Assembly: GCA_030829765.1 (NCBI GenBank)
Contig: JAUROO010000094.1
Coordinates: 1 to 52,267, forward strand
DNA from: Miltoncostaeales bacterium
Lineage (GTDB): Bacteria > Actinomycetota > Thermoleophilia > Miltoncostaeales > Miltoncostaeaceae
Length of the DNA: 52,267 nt
Reading direction: 5' to 3'
Made by a program: the position numbers and the translations under genes. Positions within the stretch are counted from its first letter, which is position 1, and the number at the start of each line of letters is the position of its first letter. Of the stretch, positions 45,039 through 52,267 are shown piece by piece. The notes under the pieces were generated by a model. It was not told the DNA's origin, did not search any database, and saw only the letters and a program-made list of their open reading frames with translations.

Positions 45039-46259
45039 CTACTCCGCGCGGAAGGATGCTCCGGTCAGCGCGCCCGACGGGTCGCGGCGCACGATGCGCA
45101 GGGTGAGGGCGTCGCGGTTGCGGCGGGTCATGCGGGCGCGGATGGCGATGTCGTCGCCGGCGGACAGGTTCAGGACGGCGGCGTAGGTGGTGCGCCGCAG
45201 GGCGCGGGTGCCGAGCGACGACCGGCGTGACATCGGCACGCGGGCACCGGTGGGGGACTCGTAGAAGACCGAATAGCGGCCGGCGTCATTGACCTGTATG
45301 CGGTCGGTGGTGGTGATGGCGCGTCCGTAGCGGCGAAGGCGTGATGACGAGGCCATGCGGGTCGCGACCGGGCGACGCGTGGCGACGGCGACCGGCGCGG
45401 CGACTGCCGGCGTGCCGGCATCGGGGGTGGCGACCGGAGCCGGCACCTCGTACCGGAAGCCGCTGGCAAGCGCGGTCGTGCCGCCGCCGGTGGTGACCGC
45501 CACGTCCACGTCACCCGCGGCGGCTCCGGCGGGGGAGACCGCGGTGATCTGGGTGGCGGAGTCCACGGTGGATGATGTCGCCGCGGTGCCGGCGAAGGTG
45601 ACCGCGGTGGCGCCGGTGAAGCCGGTGCCGGTGATGGTCACGGTCGTGCCGCCGGCGGTGGTGCCGCGGTCAGGGGCGAGCGTCGAGACGGTGGGCGCGG
45701 TGATCGCGGTGCCGGTGATGCGGAACTTTGCGAAGTACGTGCTCGTGAAGCCGGTCTTGCTCGCACCGTTCAGGTACCAGGTGCCGGCGGCGATGGTCCA
45801 CGGGCTGGGGGTGCCGGGGTTGCCCATGCGGATCCACACACTCTGGCCGGCGGGGAGATCGCGCCACTTCGCCCAGTACGAGCCCGCGCCCGGTACTGCG
45901 ACCGATCCGGTGAACGCCACGCGGCTCCGGCCGCTGTCCGCGGCGATGGAGTCGTAGGACAGCGTGCCCAGCAGATCGCCCGCCCCGGTGGGCGCGGTCG
46001 GGTGGTTGCCGTAGATGTCCACGGATGAACCCGTGATGGCGGCCGATGTGGTGCTGCCGACCAGGATCGAGAAGCCATCCACATGCGCCGGCCCGGTCGA
46101 CGTGAAGCCGAGGGCGAAGTAGGACGAGCTGAAGTTCCAGTTATCGAACGACGAGGTGCCGGTGTCCGCCAGCGTGGCCGCCCCGCCGAGGGCCGGAATG
46201 GCGGCGGCGGTGCCTGCGCAGAGGGTGGCGATACGGATACGGGACGCGGCGCTGGGCAT
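45039..46259 (-). CDS. secreted protein with one IPT/TIG Ig-like domain
   Basis: ATG at 46259 followed by a signal-like RIRIATLCAGTAAAIPALGGAATLA. IPT/TIG-like block PTVSTLAPDRGTTAGGTTVTITGTGFTGATAVTFAG...ITAVSPAG...VDVAVTT. The C-terminal region is Arg-rich. Confidence 0.65.
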   Translation of the reverse strand: MPSAASRIRIATLCAGTAAAIPALGGAATLADTGTSSFDNWNFSSSYFALGFTSTGPAHVDGFSILVGSTTSAAITGSSVDIYGNHPTAPTGAGDLLGTLSYDSIAADSGRSRVAFTGSVAVPGAGSYWAKWRDLPAGQSVWIRMGNPGTPSPWTIAAGTWYLNGASKTGFTSTYFAKFRITGTAITAPTVSTLAPDRGTTAGGTTVTITGTGFTGATAVTFAGTAATSSTVDSATQITAVSPAGAAAGDVDVAVTTGGGTTALASGFRYEVPAPVATPDAGTPAVAAPVAVATRRPVATRMASSSRLRRYGRAITTTDRIQVNDAGRYSVFYESPTGARVPMSRRSSLGTRALRRTTYAAVLNLSAGDDIAIRARMTRRNRDALTLRIVRRDPSGALTGASFRAE

Positions 46260-46370
46260 GGGTGGACTCGCAGGATCGGGGAGCGGTGGAGGCACGAAAG
46301 TAATCCACGACCCGCGTGGCGCCCAAGCCCTCCGGAGCGGTGTGGGGTTACCCTCAACGAAGAAGAATCT

Positions 46371-46400
46371 TTGATTACTCGCATAAGGAATGCTTAGATT
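46371..46400 (+). promoter_or_regulatory. candidate promoter giving a leaderless ABC-operon transcript
   Basis: It lies in the only AT-rich patch of this region: TTGATT (46371-76), an 18-nt spacer, then TAGATT (46395-400). That leaves 7 nt to the in-frame ATG at 46408. Confidence 0.3.
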
Positions 46401-47244
46401 GAATGCGATGCGTGAACGACCCGGATCCCGCCGCGGTGGCCACGACGCGGATGCGCCCGCCATCCGGGTGGATGGTGCGTGCAAGACCTATGAGGGCGGT
46501 GACCGTCCGGCGCTCCTGCCCACCTCCTTCACCGTGGAGCGTGGGGAATTCGTGAGCCTCGTGGGGCCGAGCGGGTGCGGCAAGTCGACACTTCTCGGCA
46601 TGATCGCCGGGCTGCTGCGCCCCGATGCCGGGTTCGTGGAGGCCCTGGGCCGCCCCGTCGAGGGGCCGGGGGAGGGGCGCGCCATGGTGTTCCAGGACGC
46701 CGCGCTGTTCCCGTGGCTCACCGTGCTGGGCAACGTGGAGTATGGGCTGCGCGCGCATGGCGTGGCCCGGGCCGAGCGGCGCGAGCGCGCCCTCGAGGCG
46801 GTGCGGCTGGTGCACCTGGACCACGTGGTGGACCGGCACCCGCATGAGCTCTCGGGCGGCATGCGCCAGCGCGCCTCCATCGCGCGTGCGCTGGTGATGC
46901 GCCCGGAGATCCTGCTGATGGATGAGCCCTTCAGCGCCCTGGACGCCCAGACGCGCACGATCCTGTCGGACGAGCTGCAGCGGATCTGGCTGGAGACGCG
47001 GCCCACCGTGGTGTTCGTGACGCACAACCTCATCGAGGCGGCCTTCCTGTCGGACACGGTGCACCTGCTCTCGTCGGGGCCCGGTCGGATCGTGCGCACC
47101 TACGACATCGACATCCCGCGGCCGCGGGACGAGGCCGACCCGGCCCTGCTCGATCTGCGCCACGACATGCTCGAGCGCCTGCGCGCCGAGGTGGACGACG
47201 CCGCCGAGCGGCGCGCCCAGGTAGCCGAGGTCGTCGCCCTGTGA
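46390..47244 (+). CDS. ABC transporter ATP-binding protein (NitT/TauT family)
   Basis: GPSGCGKSTLL, LSGGMRQRASIARAL, LLMDEPFSALD. The true start may be the ATG at 46408. Confidence 0.9.
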   Translation: MLRLNAMRERPGSRRGGHDADAPAIRVDGACKTYEGGDRPALLPTSFTVERGEFVSLVGPSGCGKSTLLGMIAGLLRPDAGFVEALGRPVEGPGEGRAMVFQDAALFPWLTVLGNVEYGLRAHGVARAERRERALEAVRLVHLDHVVDRHPHELSGGMRQRASIARALVMRPEILLMDEPFSALDAQTRTILSDELQRIWLETRPTVVFVTHNLIEAAFLSDTVHLLSSGPGRIVRTYDIDIPRPRDEADPALLDLRHDMLERLRAEVDDAAERRAQVAEVVAL

Positions 47245-48080
47245 GCACCGCGGCAGGGGGTGCGGGCGCCGCGGGTGGCCGCGCGGTCCGGGCCTCGCGG
47301 GGAGCCCGGGCGGCGGCGATCGGGTTCCTGCGCCGCAGTTGGTTCGTGCTGCTCATCCTGCTGGTGTGGTGGCTGGTCACTGCCGCCGGGTGGGTGGACC
47401 CCTACAAGCTGCCCTCCCCCGGCGATGTACTCGGCACCCTCGGCACGCTGCTCACCGAGCGCGCGCTGCTGGTGGATCTCGGGGCAACGCTCCTCCGGCT
47501 GGTGGAGGGGTGGGCGATCGGCGTCGTCGCGGGGGTGCTGCTGGGCATCCTCACGGGTGGGTCACGGGTGCTGGAGGACGGCATCCGTCCGGTGATCGCC
47601 GGCCTGCAGGCCGTGCCGACCATCGCCTTCCTGCCGCTCGCCATCCTCTGGTTCGGCTTCAACGGCACCGCCGTGCTCGCCATCACCGCCTTCGGCACGT
47701 TCAAGCCCATGGCGCTCGCCACCTACGGCGCGATGCACCAGATATCGCCCACGCTGCTGATGGCGGGGCGCGCGCTGGGCGCGCGCGGACTGTTCCTGCA
47801 GCGCACCCTGGTGTTCCCGGCCATCGTCCCGAGCCTCGTGACGGGTCTGAAGATGGGGTGGTCGTTCGCGTGGCGGGCGCTGATGGCGGCCGAGATCGTG
47901 GTGACAGGCGCAGCCGGGCTGGGTGGCGTGCTGGAACTGGGCCGCGAGATCGGGGCCATCGACGTGGTGATGGCGGTGATCCTCGTGATCCTGGTGGTGG
48001 GCATCGCCACCGAGCAGCTGGTGTTCGCGCGCCTCGAGCGCTGGGTGAACCGGCGGTGGGGCCTGGTGGGTGCGCGCTAG
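47241..48080 (+). CDS. ABC transporter permease (NitT/TauT family)
   Basis: Six hydrophobic segments. The EAA-like loop region is LMAGRALGARGLFLQRTLVFPAIVP. GTGA overlap with the ATPase gene. Confidence 0.85.
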   Translation: MSTAAGGAGAAGGRAVRASRGARAAAIGFLRRSWFVLLILLVWWLVTAAGWVDPYKLPSPGDVLGTLGTLLTERALLVDLGATLLRLVEGWAIGVVAGVLLGILTGGSRVLEDGIRPVIAGLQAVPTIAFLPLAILWFGFNGTAVLAITAFGTFKPMALATYGAMHQISPTLLMAGRALGARGLFLQRTLVFPAIVPSLVTGLKMGWSFAWRALMAAEIVVTGAAGLGGVLELGREIGAIDVVMAVILVILVVGIATEQLVFARLERWVNRRWGLVGAR

Positions 48081-49041
48081 GTTCACCGCTGCCATGGCTG
48101 CCGTGGCGGTCCTCGCCACCGCGGTCGCCGGATGCGGGGGCGAGGCGCCCGACGCGGTGCGCGTGGGCTTGATGCCCACCATCACCCACGGCCCGGCCCT
48201 GATCGCGTTGGAGGACGAGTTCACCCCGGGGCTCGCCGGCCTTCCCGTGGACGAGCAGGTCTTCGCCAGCGGGCCCGAGGAGGTCAGCGCGCTCCTCAGC
48301 GGATCGCTGGATGCCGCGTACATCGGCCCCGGTCCCTACGTGCTTGCGGAGGGCAGGGCCCCCGGCCGCCTGCGCCTGCTCGCGGGCGTCGTGAACGGCG
48401 GGCAGGCGTTCGTGGCCCGGCCGGGCACCGGCATCGTGGATGCCCGCGACCTCGCCGGGCGGCGCGTGGCGGTGCCCGCGCACGGCAACACGCAGGACCT
48501 GACCTTGCGCCTGCTGCTCGACCGGGCCGGACTCCGGGCGTCCGATCAGGGCGGCGACGTGGAGGTGGTGCCGGTGAAGAACGCAGCGCTGGTGGAGGCA
48601 TTCCGACAGGGGGTCGTGGACGCCGCGCTCGCGCCCGCGCCCTTCGGCGAACTGCTCACGGCCCGCGGCCTGGCAGCGCCGGTACCCGCCATGGACCGGA
48701 CGATCGCGGAATGGGAGATCCCGGCGACAGTGCTGGTGGCGACCGAGGAGTTCGCGCGGGCGAACCCCGCGGCCACGCTTGCACTGGTCCGCGCGAGCGC
48801 CCGGGCGGTGGCCCGGGCCGATGCCGCGCCGCGCGCGGTGGCGCGGGCGTTCAACGACCTGCTGGATGAATCGACCGGAACGCGCCTGGATGGCGGGGTG
48901 CTGCTCAAGGCGCTGGACGGCACCCACGCCTCCACGGCCGTCGCACGCGGCGCCATGGCGCGGATGGTGCGGGCAGCCGAGGGCGCGGGGTATGCCGGGG
49001 GCCCCGTGGCGCCCGCGGCGCTGGTTCCGCGAGCGGGGTGA
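48070..49041 (+). CDS. ABC transporter substrate-binding lipoprotein (SsuA/NMT1-like)
   Basis: Lipobox VAGC|GG. RVGLMPTITHGPALIA and later blocks are typical of aliphatic sulfonate/nitrate/HMP-type binding proteins. The substrate is unknown. Confidence 0.75.
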   Translation: MRARFTAAMAAVAVLATAVAGCGGEAPDAVRVGLMPTITHGPALIALEDEFTPGLAGLPVDEQVFASGPEEVSALLSGSLDAAYIGPGPYVLAEGRAPGRLRLLAGVVNGGQAFVARPGTGIVDARDLAGRRVAVPAHGNTQDLTLRLLLDRAGLRASDQGGDVEVVPVKNAALVEAFRQGVVDAALAPAPFGELLTARGLAAPVPAMDRTIAEWEIPATVLVATEEFARANPAATLALVRASARAVARADAAPRAVARAFNDLLDESTGTRLDGGVLLKALDGTHASTAVARGAMARMVRAAEGAGYAGGPVAPAALVPRAG

Positions 49042-49114
49042 CGCGGCGCGGGAGGAGTCGGCACGCGCGCGTGGAAACGACAGGCGCACCGGCACACTTC
49101 CTGGAGGGCATGAG

Positions 49115-49963
49115 ATGACGCGTCAGGCGCGCGTTCTGGCGATGGCGAACCAAAAGGGCGGGGTCGCGAAGACGACCTCGTCGCTGAGCCTTGCCGCCGC
49201 CCTCCACGAGAAGGGGCAGCGGGTGCTGGTGGTCGACCTCGACCCGCAGAGCAACCTCTCGATGAGCCAGGGCATCGACGTCGAGAACCTCCGCGATGGC
49301 ATGTACGACGTCCTCGTGAAGTCGCTGCCCATTGCGGACATCGTGCAGGTGCGCGAGATCGACATCGCGCCCGCCGGCATCGAACTCGCGAGCGCGGAGC
49401 TGTCGCTGTCGTCAATGATCGGCCGCGAGCGCGCACTTCAGCGCGCGCTCGAGCCGGTGCGCTCACAGTACGACTACATCATCCTCGACACCCCGCCGTC
49501 GCTCGGGCTGCTCACCATCAACGCGATGGTGGCCGCACAGGGAGTGATCGTCCCCGTGCAGTGCGAGTACCTGTCGCTGCGCGGGCTCGCCCAACTCACC
49601 CACACGCTCGAGCAGGTGCGCGAACACCTGAACCCCGAGGTGCACATCTTCGGGATCCTTCCGACCATGTACGACGGCCGCACCATGCACTGCCGCGAGG
49701 CCGTGGACGTGCTGATGGACAACTTCGGGGACACCGTCTTCCGCACGCGCGTGGGCAAGACCGTGCGATTCGCCGAGGCCCCCGTGCAGGGTCGCAGCAT
49801 CCTCTCGTTTGACCCCAGTGGGCAGGCGGCGCGGTGGTACCGGCAGATGGCGCGCGAGGTCCTGGAGCGCGATGGGAAGTGGACCGATGAGCTCGAGCGC
49901 ATGCGGCGTCCGGTGCGCGAGGTGAGGCCGCAGTCCGGGCCAGGCCTTAGACTGGCCTCGTGA
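49115..49963 (+). CDS. ParA/Soj-family (deviant Walker A) ATPase with no adjacent parB
   Basis: VLAMANQKGGVAKTT, VLVVDLDPQSNLS, YIILDTPPSLGLLT, FGILPTMYDGRT. GGAGGG lies 6 nt upstream of the ATG. Confidence 0.9.
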   Translation: MTRQARVLAMANQKGGVAKTTSSLSLAAALHEKGQRVLVVDLDPQSNLSMSQGIDVENLRDGMYDVLVKSLPIADIVQVREIDIAPAGIELASAELSLSSMIGRERALQRALEPVRSQYDYIILDTPPSLGLLTINAMVAAQGVIVPVQCEYLSLRGLAQLTHTLEQVREHLNPEVHIFGILPTMYDGRTMHCREAVDVLMDNFGDTVFRTRVGKTVRFAEAPVQGRSILSFDPSGQAARWYRQMAREVLERDGKWTDELERMRRPVREVRPQSGPGLRLAS

Positions 49964-51384
49964 AGAAGCAGTCCATGCGCGAGGGGCCACTCGCGGATCT
50001 CTTCAGGAGCACTACCCCCGGTGAGGGCGGGGCGCAGGGCCTCCAGTCCGAGAGCCCCGCCGAGACGCGCCAGGAGGTGCCGCTGCGCGCCGAGGGCCAT
50101 GCGGTTGTCCGCGTGGTGGGCGTGGGCGGCGGCGGGTGCAACGCCGTCGATCGCATGATCGAGGCCGGCGTGCACGGCGTTGAGTTCATCGCGATCAACA
50201 CCGATCGCCAGGCGCTGGACAGCAGCCGGGCAGATGTGGTGATCCCCGTGGGCGCCGAGGTCACCCGCGGGCTGGGCACCGGCGGAGATCCCGCACTGGG
50301 GGAGATGGCCTTCCGCGAGAGCGAGGAGCACCTGCGCCGCGTCCTGCGCGGTAGCGACCTGGTGTTCATCGCCGCCGGCGAGGGGGGCGGCACCGGTACC
50401 GGTGGCGCGCCGATCGTCGCGAAGGTGGCGCGCGAACTGGGTGCGCTTGCGGTGGCGGTGGTCACGAGGCCGTTCGGCTTCGAGGGCAACAAGCGGTCCG
50501 GCACGGCCGACCAGGGCATCCAGCACCTGGGCGAGGCCGCCGACACCGTCATCGTGATCCCCAACGATCGTCTGATGAGCGTGCTGGAGCGCGGTACCAG
50601 CGTGGTGCAGGCGTTCGCCGTGGCCGACGACCTGCTGCGGCAGGGTGTCCAGGGGATCAGCGACCTGATCACGCTGCCCGGGCTGATCAACGTGGACTTC
50701 GCCGACGTGCGCACCATCCTGAAGGATGCAGGCACGGCGCTCCTGGGCATCGGGTATGCGAGCGGTGGCAGCCGTGCCACCGACGCCGCGACCGCCGCGA
50801 TCTCCTCGGCACTGCTCGAGACGCCGATCGATGGTGCCAGGGGCATCCTGCTGGGCATCACCGGGGGCCCCAGCATGTCGCTGATCGAGGTCACCGAGGC
50901 CGCACAGGTGGTGGCGGACGCCGCCGACCCGGACGCGAACATCATCTTCGGCGCCACCATCGATGACGACTTGGACGATCAGGTGTGGGTGACGGTGATT
51001 GCGGCCGGCCTGTCGGGCGTGCCCGCGAAGTCGTCCGGCTCCGTAACGCGTACCCCCGCGACCCGCGTGGAGCGCGGCCGCCGTGCCCGTCCGGCGCAGG
51101 CTGCGCCTGCCGCGATCGGGGGCGGCAGTGACATCGCCGAGCCGCCCGAGGCCCCGGACCTCTCCGCCGACGTCCCGCCGCCCGTTGCCCCGAAGGCACC
51201 GCCCGAGGCGCCACCCGCGCTGGCCGCGGCACCCGACCCGCCCGCCGACCCGTCGGCGGCGCGCGAGCTTCCCGCCCCGCCCGAGGGCTCGCCCCCGGGG
51301 CCGGCGGATGCCGAATCCACCCGCCTGTTCTCCGTGGGCGACGACCGGGAGCCATCCGACCCGGACGGCGGCCCGGCCGCCTAG
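49960..51384 (+). CDS. ftsZ: cell-division GTPase FtsZ with a long N-terminal extension and a Pro-rich C-terminal linker
   Basis: VVGVGGGGCNAVDRM, GLGTGGDPALG, AAGEGGGTGTGGAPIVA, VIPNDRL, INVDFADVRT. The GTG at 49960 overlaps the ParA-like stop (GTGA). Alternative starts are the ATG at 49975 or the GTG at 50077. Confidence 0.9.
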   Translation: MKKQSMREGPLADLFRSTTPGEGGAQGLQSESPAETRQEVPLRAEGHAVVRVVGVGGGGCNAVDRMIEAGVHGVEFIAINTDRQALDSSRADVVIPVGAEVTRGLGTGGDPALGEMAFRESEEHLRRVLRGSDLVFIAAGEGGGTGTGGAPIVAKVARELGALAVAVVTRPFGFEGNKRSGTADQGIQHLGEAADTVIVIPNDRLMSVLERGTSVVQAFAVADDLLRQGVQGISDLITLPGLINVDFADVRTILKDAGTALLGIGYASGGSRATDAATAAISSALLETPIDGARGILLGITGGPSMSLIEVTEAAQVVADAADPDANIIFGATIDDDLDDQVWVTVIAAGLSGVPAKSSGSVTRTPATRVERGRRARPAQAAPAAIGGGSDIAEPPEAPDLSADVPPPVAPKAPPEAPPALAAAPDPPADPSAARELPAPPEGSPPGPADAESTRLFSVGDDREPSDPDGGPAA

Positions 51385-51397
51385 GCCGCACCGCCCG

Positions 51398-52267
51398 GTG
51401 ATCACGGGCGCGGTCGCCGCAGGGCATCCCCTGTCGGCACGCGCGGGGGCGATGGCGCTCGCCGCGGGCGGGACGGCAACCGATGCCGTGATCGCGGGCG
51501 CACTCACCTCTGCGGTGGCGGAGGCGGTGCTCACGGGCCCCGGCGCCGGTGGCTTCCTCATGGTCCGGCCGCCCGGCGGGCCGGCGACCATCCTCGACTT
51601 CTTCGTGGCCGTGCCCGGACTGGGTCCCGCGGGCCATCGGCTCGACCCCGCCGACCTGCACGCGTTCACGGTGCCCTTCGGCACCGCGGAGCAGGTATTC
51701 CATATCGGCCCCGCATCGGTCGCCGTGCCCGGGATGCTCGCGGGCCTGGATGAAGCCGCGCGGAGGTTCGGCCGCCTGCCGCTGTCCGATCTGGTGGCAC
51801 CCGCGGTGGCGCTGGCACGTGCAGGCGTGGCGGTGGGCGAGGAGGCCGCCTACCTGCACCGGATCCTCGCCGAGATGCTGGGACACACCCCGGCGAGCGC
51901 GGCGCAGTTCCTGCCGGCGGGCCGCGTCGCGGACGTGGGCGAGGCGCTGGTCTTCGAGGATCTGGGGGACACGCTCGAAGCCTTTGGCGCGCAGGGTGCA
52001 CGGTGCCTCTATGACGGCCCCGTGGGTGATCGCATCACGGCGTACCTCGCCGCCACCGGCGGGTTGGTGACGGCAGACGACCTGCGCGCCTACCGGGTGG
52101 TGGAGCGCACGCCCGTGCAGGTGACATTCCGGAACACGACCGTGCTGACCAACCCGCCGCCGTCCAGTGGCGGCGTGCTGATCGCCGCGGCGCTCGAGCA
52201 CCTGCAGCGGCTTCCCGTGGGCGGCGGGGACCCCGGGTTCTACGCGCGCATGGCGGCCGCCCAGGCC
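51398..52267 (+). CDS. gamma-glutamyltransferase-family protein; C-terminus lies beyond the window end
   Basis: My own translation from the GTG at 51398 gives VITGAVAAGHPLSARAGAMALAAGGTATDAVIAGALTSAVAEAVLTGPGAGGFLMV ... TNPPPSSGGVLIAAALE. It is open to the window end and absent from the track because it has no stop. Confidence 0.75.
   Translation, partial: MITGAVAAGHPLSARAGAMALAAGGTATDAVIAGALTSAVAEAVLTGPGAGGFLMVRPPGGPATILDFFVAVPGLGPAGHRLDPADLHAFTVPFGTAEQVFHIGPASVAVPGMLAGLDEAARRFGRLPLSDLVAPAVALARAGVAVGEEAAYLHRILAEMLGHTPASAAQFLPAGRVADVGEALVFEDLGDTLEAFGAQGARCLYDGPVGDRITAYLAATGGLVTADDLRAYRVVERTPVQVTFRNTTVLTNPPPSSGGVLIAAALEHLQRLPVGGGDPGFYARMAAAQA

Noticed and set aside
44472-45230. A 252-aa plus-strand ORF spanning the 44.8-45.0 kb intergenic region
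   Set aside because: It starts inside the ATPase gene in another frame and ends antisense inside the IPT gene. Third-position GC across the intergenic part is clearly lower than in real genes here. Structured non-coding DNA explains it better.
46260-46389. TPP (or other) riboswitch upstream of the NMT1/SsuA-like ABC importer
   Set aside because: I found no CTGAGA or ACCTGATCTGGATAATGCCAGCG-like core. The region is only 130 bp, is shared with a divergent gene, and the predicted promoter gives a leaderless transcript.
1-52267. Mobile elements, prophage, defence systems or toxin-antitoxin pairs
   Set aside because: I recognised no integrase, transposase, recombinase, restriction/modification, Cas, nuclease-NTPase defence pair or small TA-like pair on either strand. 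The only repeat structures are the guaA duplication and the 20-bp inverted repeat.

Overview
This is a 52.3-kb, very GC-rich chromosomal segment (about 70% GC by eye, not computed), with a strong G/C bias at codon position 3. It is almost entirely coding: I call 57 CDS and 2 tRNAs. Gene content and local synteny look like Actinomycetota, based on rplM-rpsI-glmM, guaB3-guaA, a sufR/sufB-sufD-Rieske-sufC-sufS-sufU-sufT cluster, an LprG/LppX-like lipoprotein and a RipA-like NlpC/P60. That taxon assignment is inference only. Most genes are housekeeping:
- KorA (truncated at the window start)
- Fe-S cluster biogenesis (Mrp/ApbC, 7Fe ferredoxin, a full suf operon)
- cell-envelope enzymes (M23, NlpC/P60, Lgt, DacB, Alr, GlmS, GlmM)
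- purine genes
- a P-type ATPase and a NitT/TauT-type ABC importer
- a ParA-like ATPase, FtsZ, and a gamma-glutamyltransferase (truncated at the window end)

I recognised no rRNA, CRISPR array, transposase, integrase or defence island.

The ORF track reports longest ORFs. Many true starts are internal, and I re-derived them from conserved N-termini and stop/start overlaps. Many long Arg/Pro/Gly/His-rich ORFs are antisense shadows of real genes. Two real genes are absent from the track because they run off the window (korA and ggt).

The items most worth a second look are:
1. A ParA-like ATPase whose stop overlaps the start of an ftsZ gene. This ftsZ sits outside any dcw context, carries a 48-aa N-terminal extension, and lacks a canonical C-terminal peptide.
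2. A heliorhodopsin translationally coupled to an uncharacterised 112-aa membrane protein.
3. A roughly 190-nt rod-like structured element built around a perfect 20-bp inverted repeat, in a convergent intergenic region.
4. glmM, whose conserved N-terminus lies upstream of any ATG/GTG/TTG codon. A CTG start inside a CTGA overlap with rpsI is the likely start.
5. A 38-bp perfect direct repeat (50-bp period) that duplicates the 3-prime end and stop codon of guaA.
6. An Mrp/ApbC homologue that lacks the CXXC cluster-binding motif.

Everything here comes from reading the sequence. No searches or computations were run.
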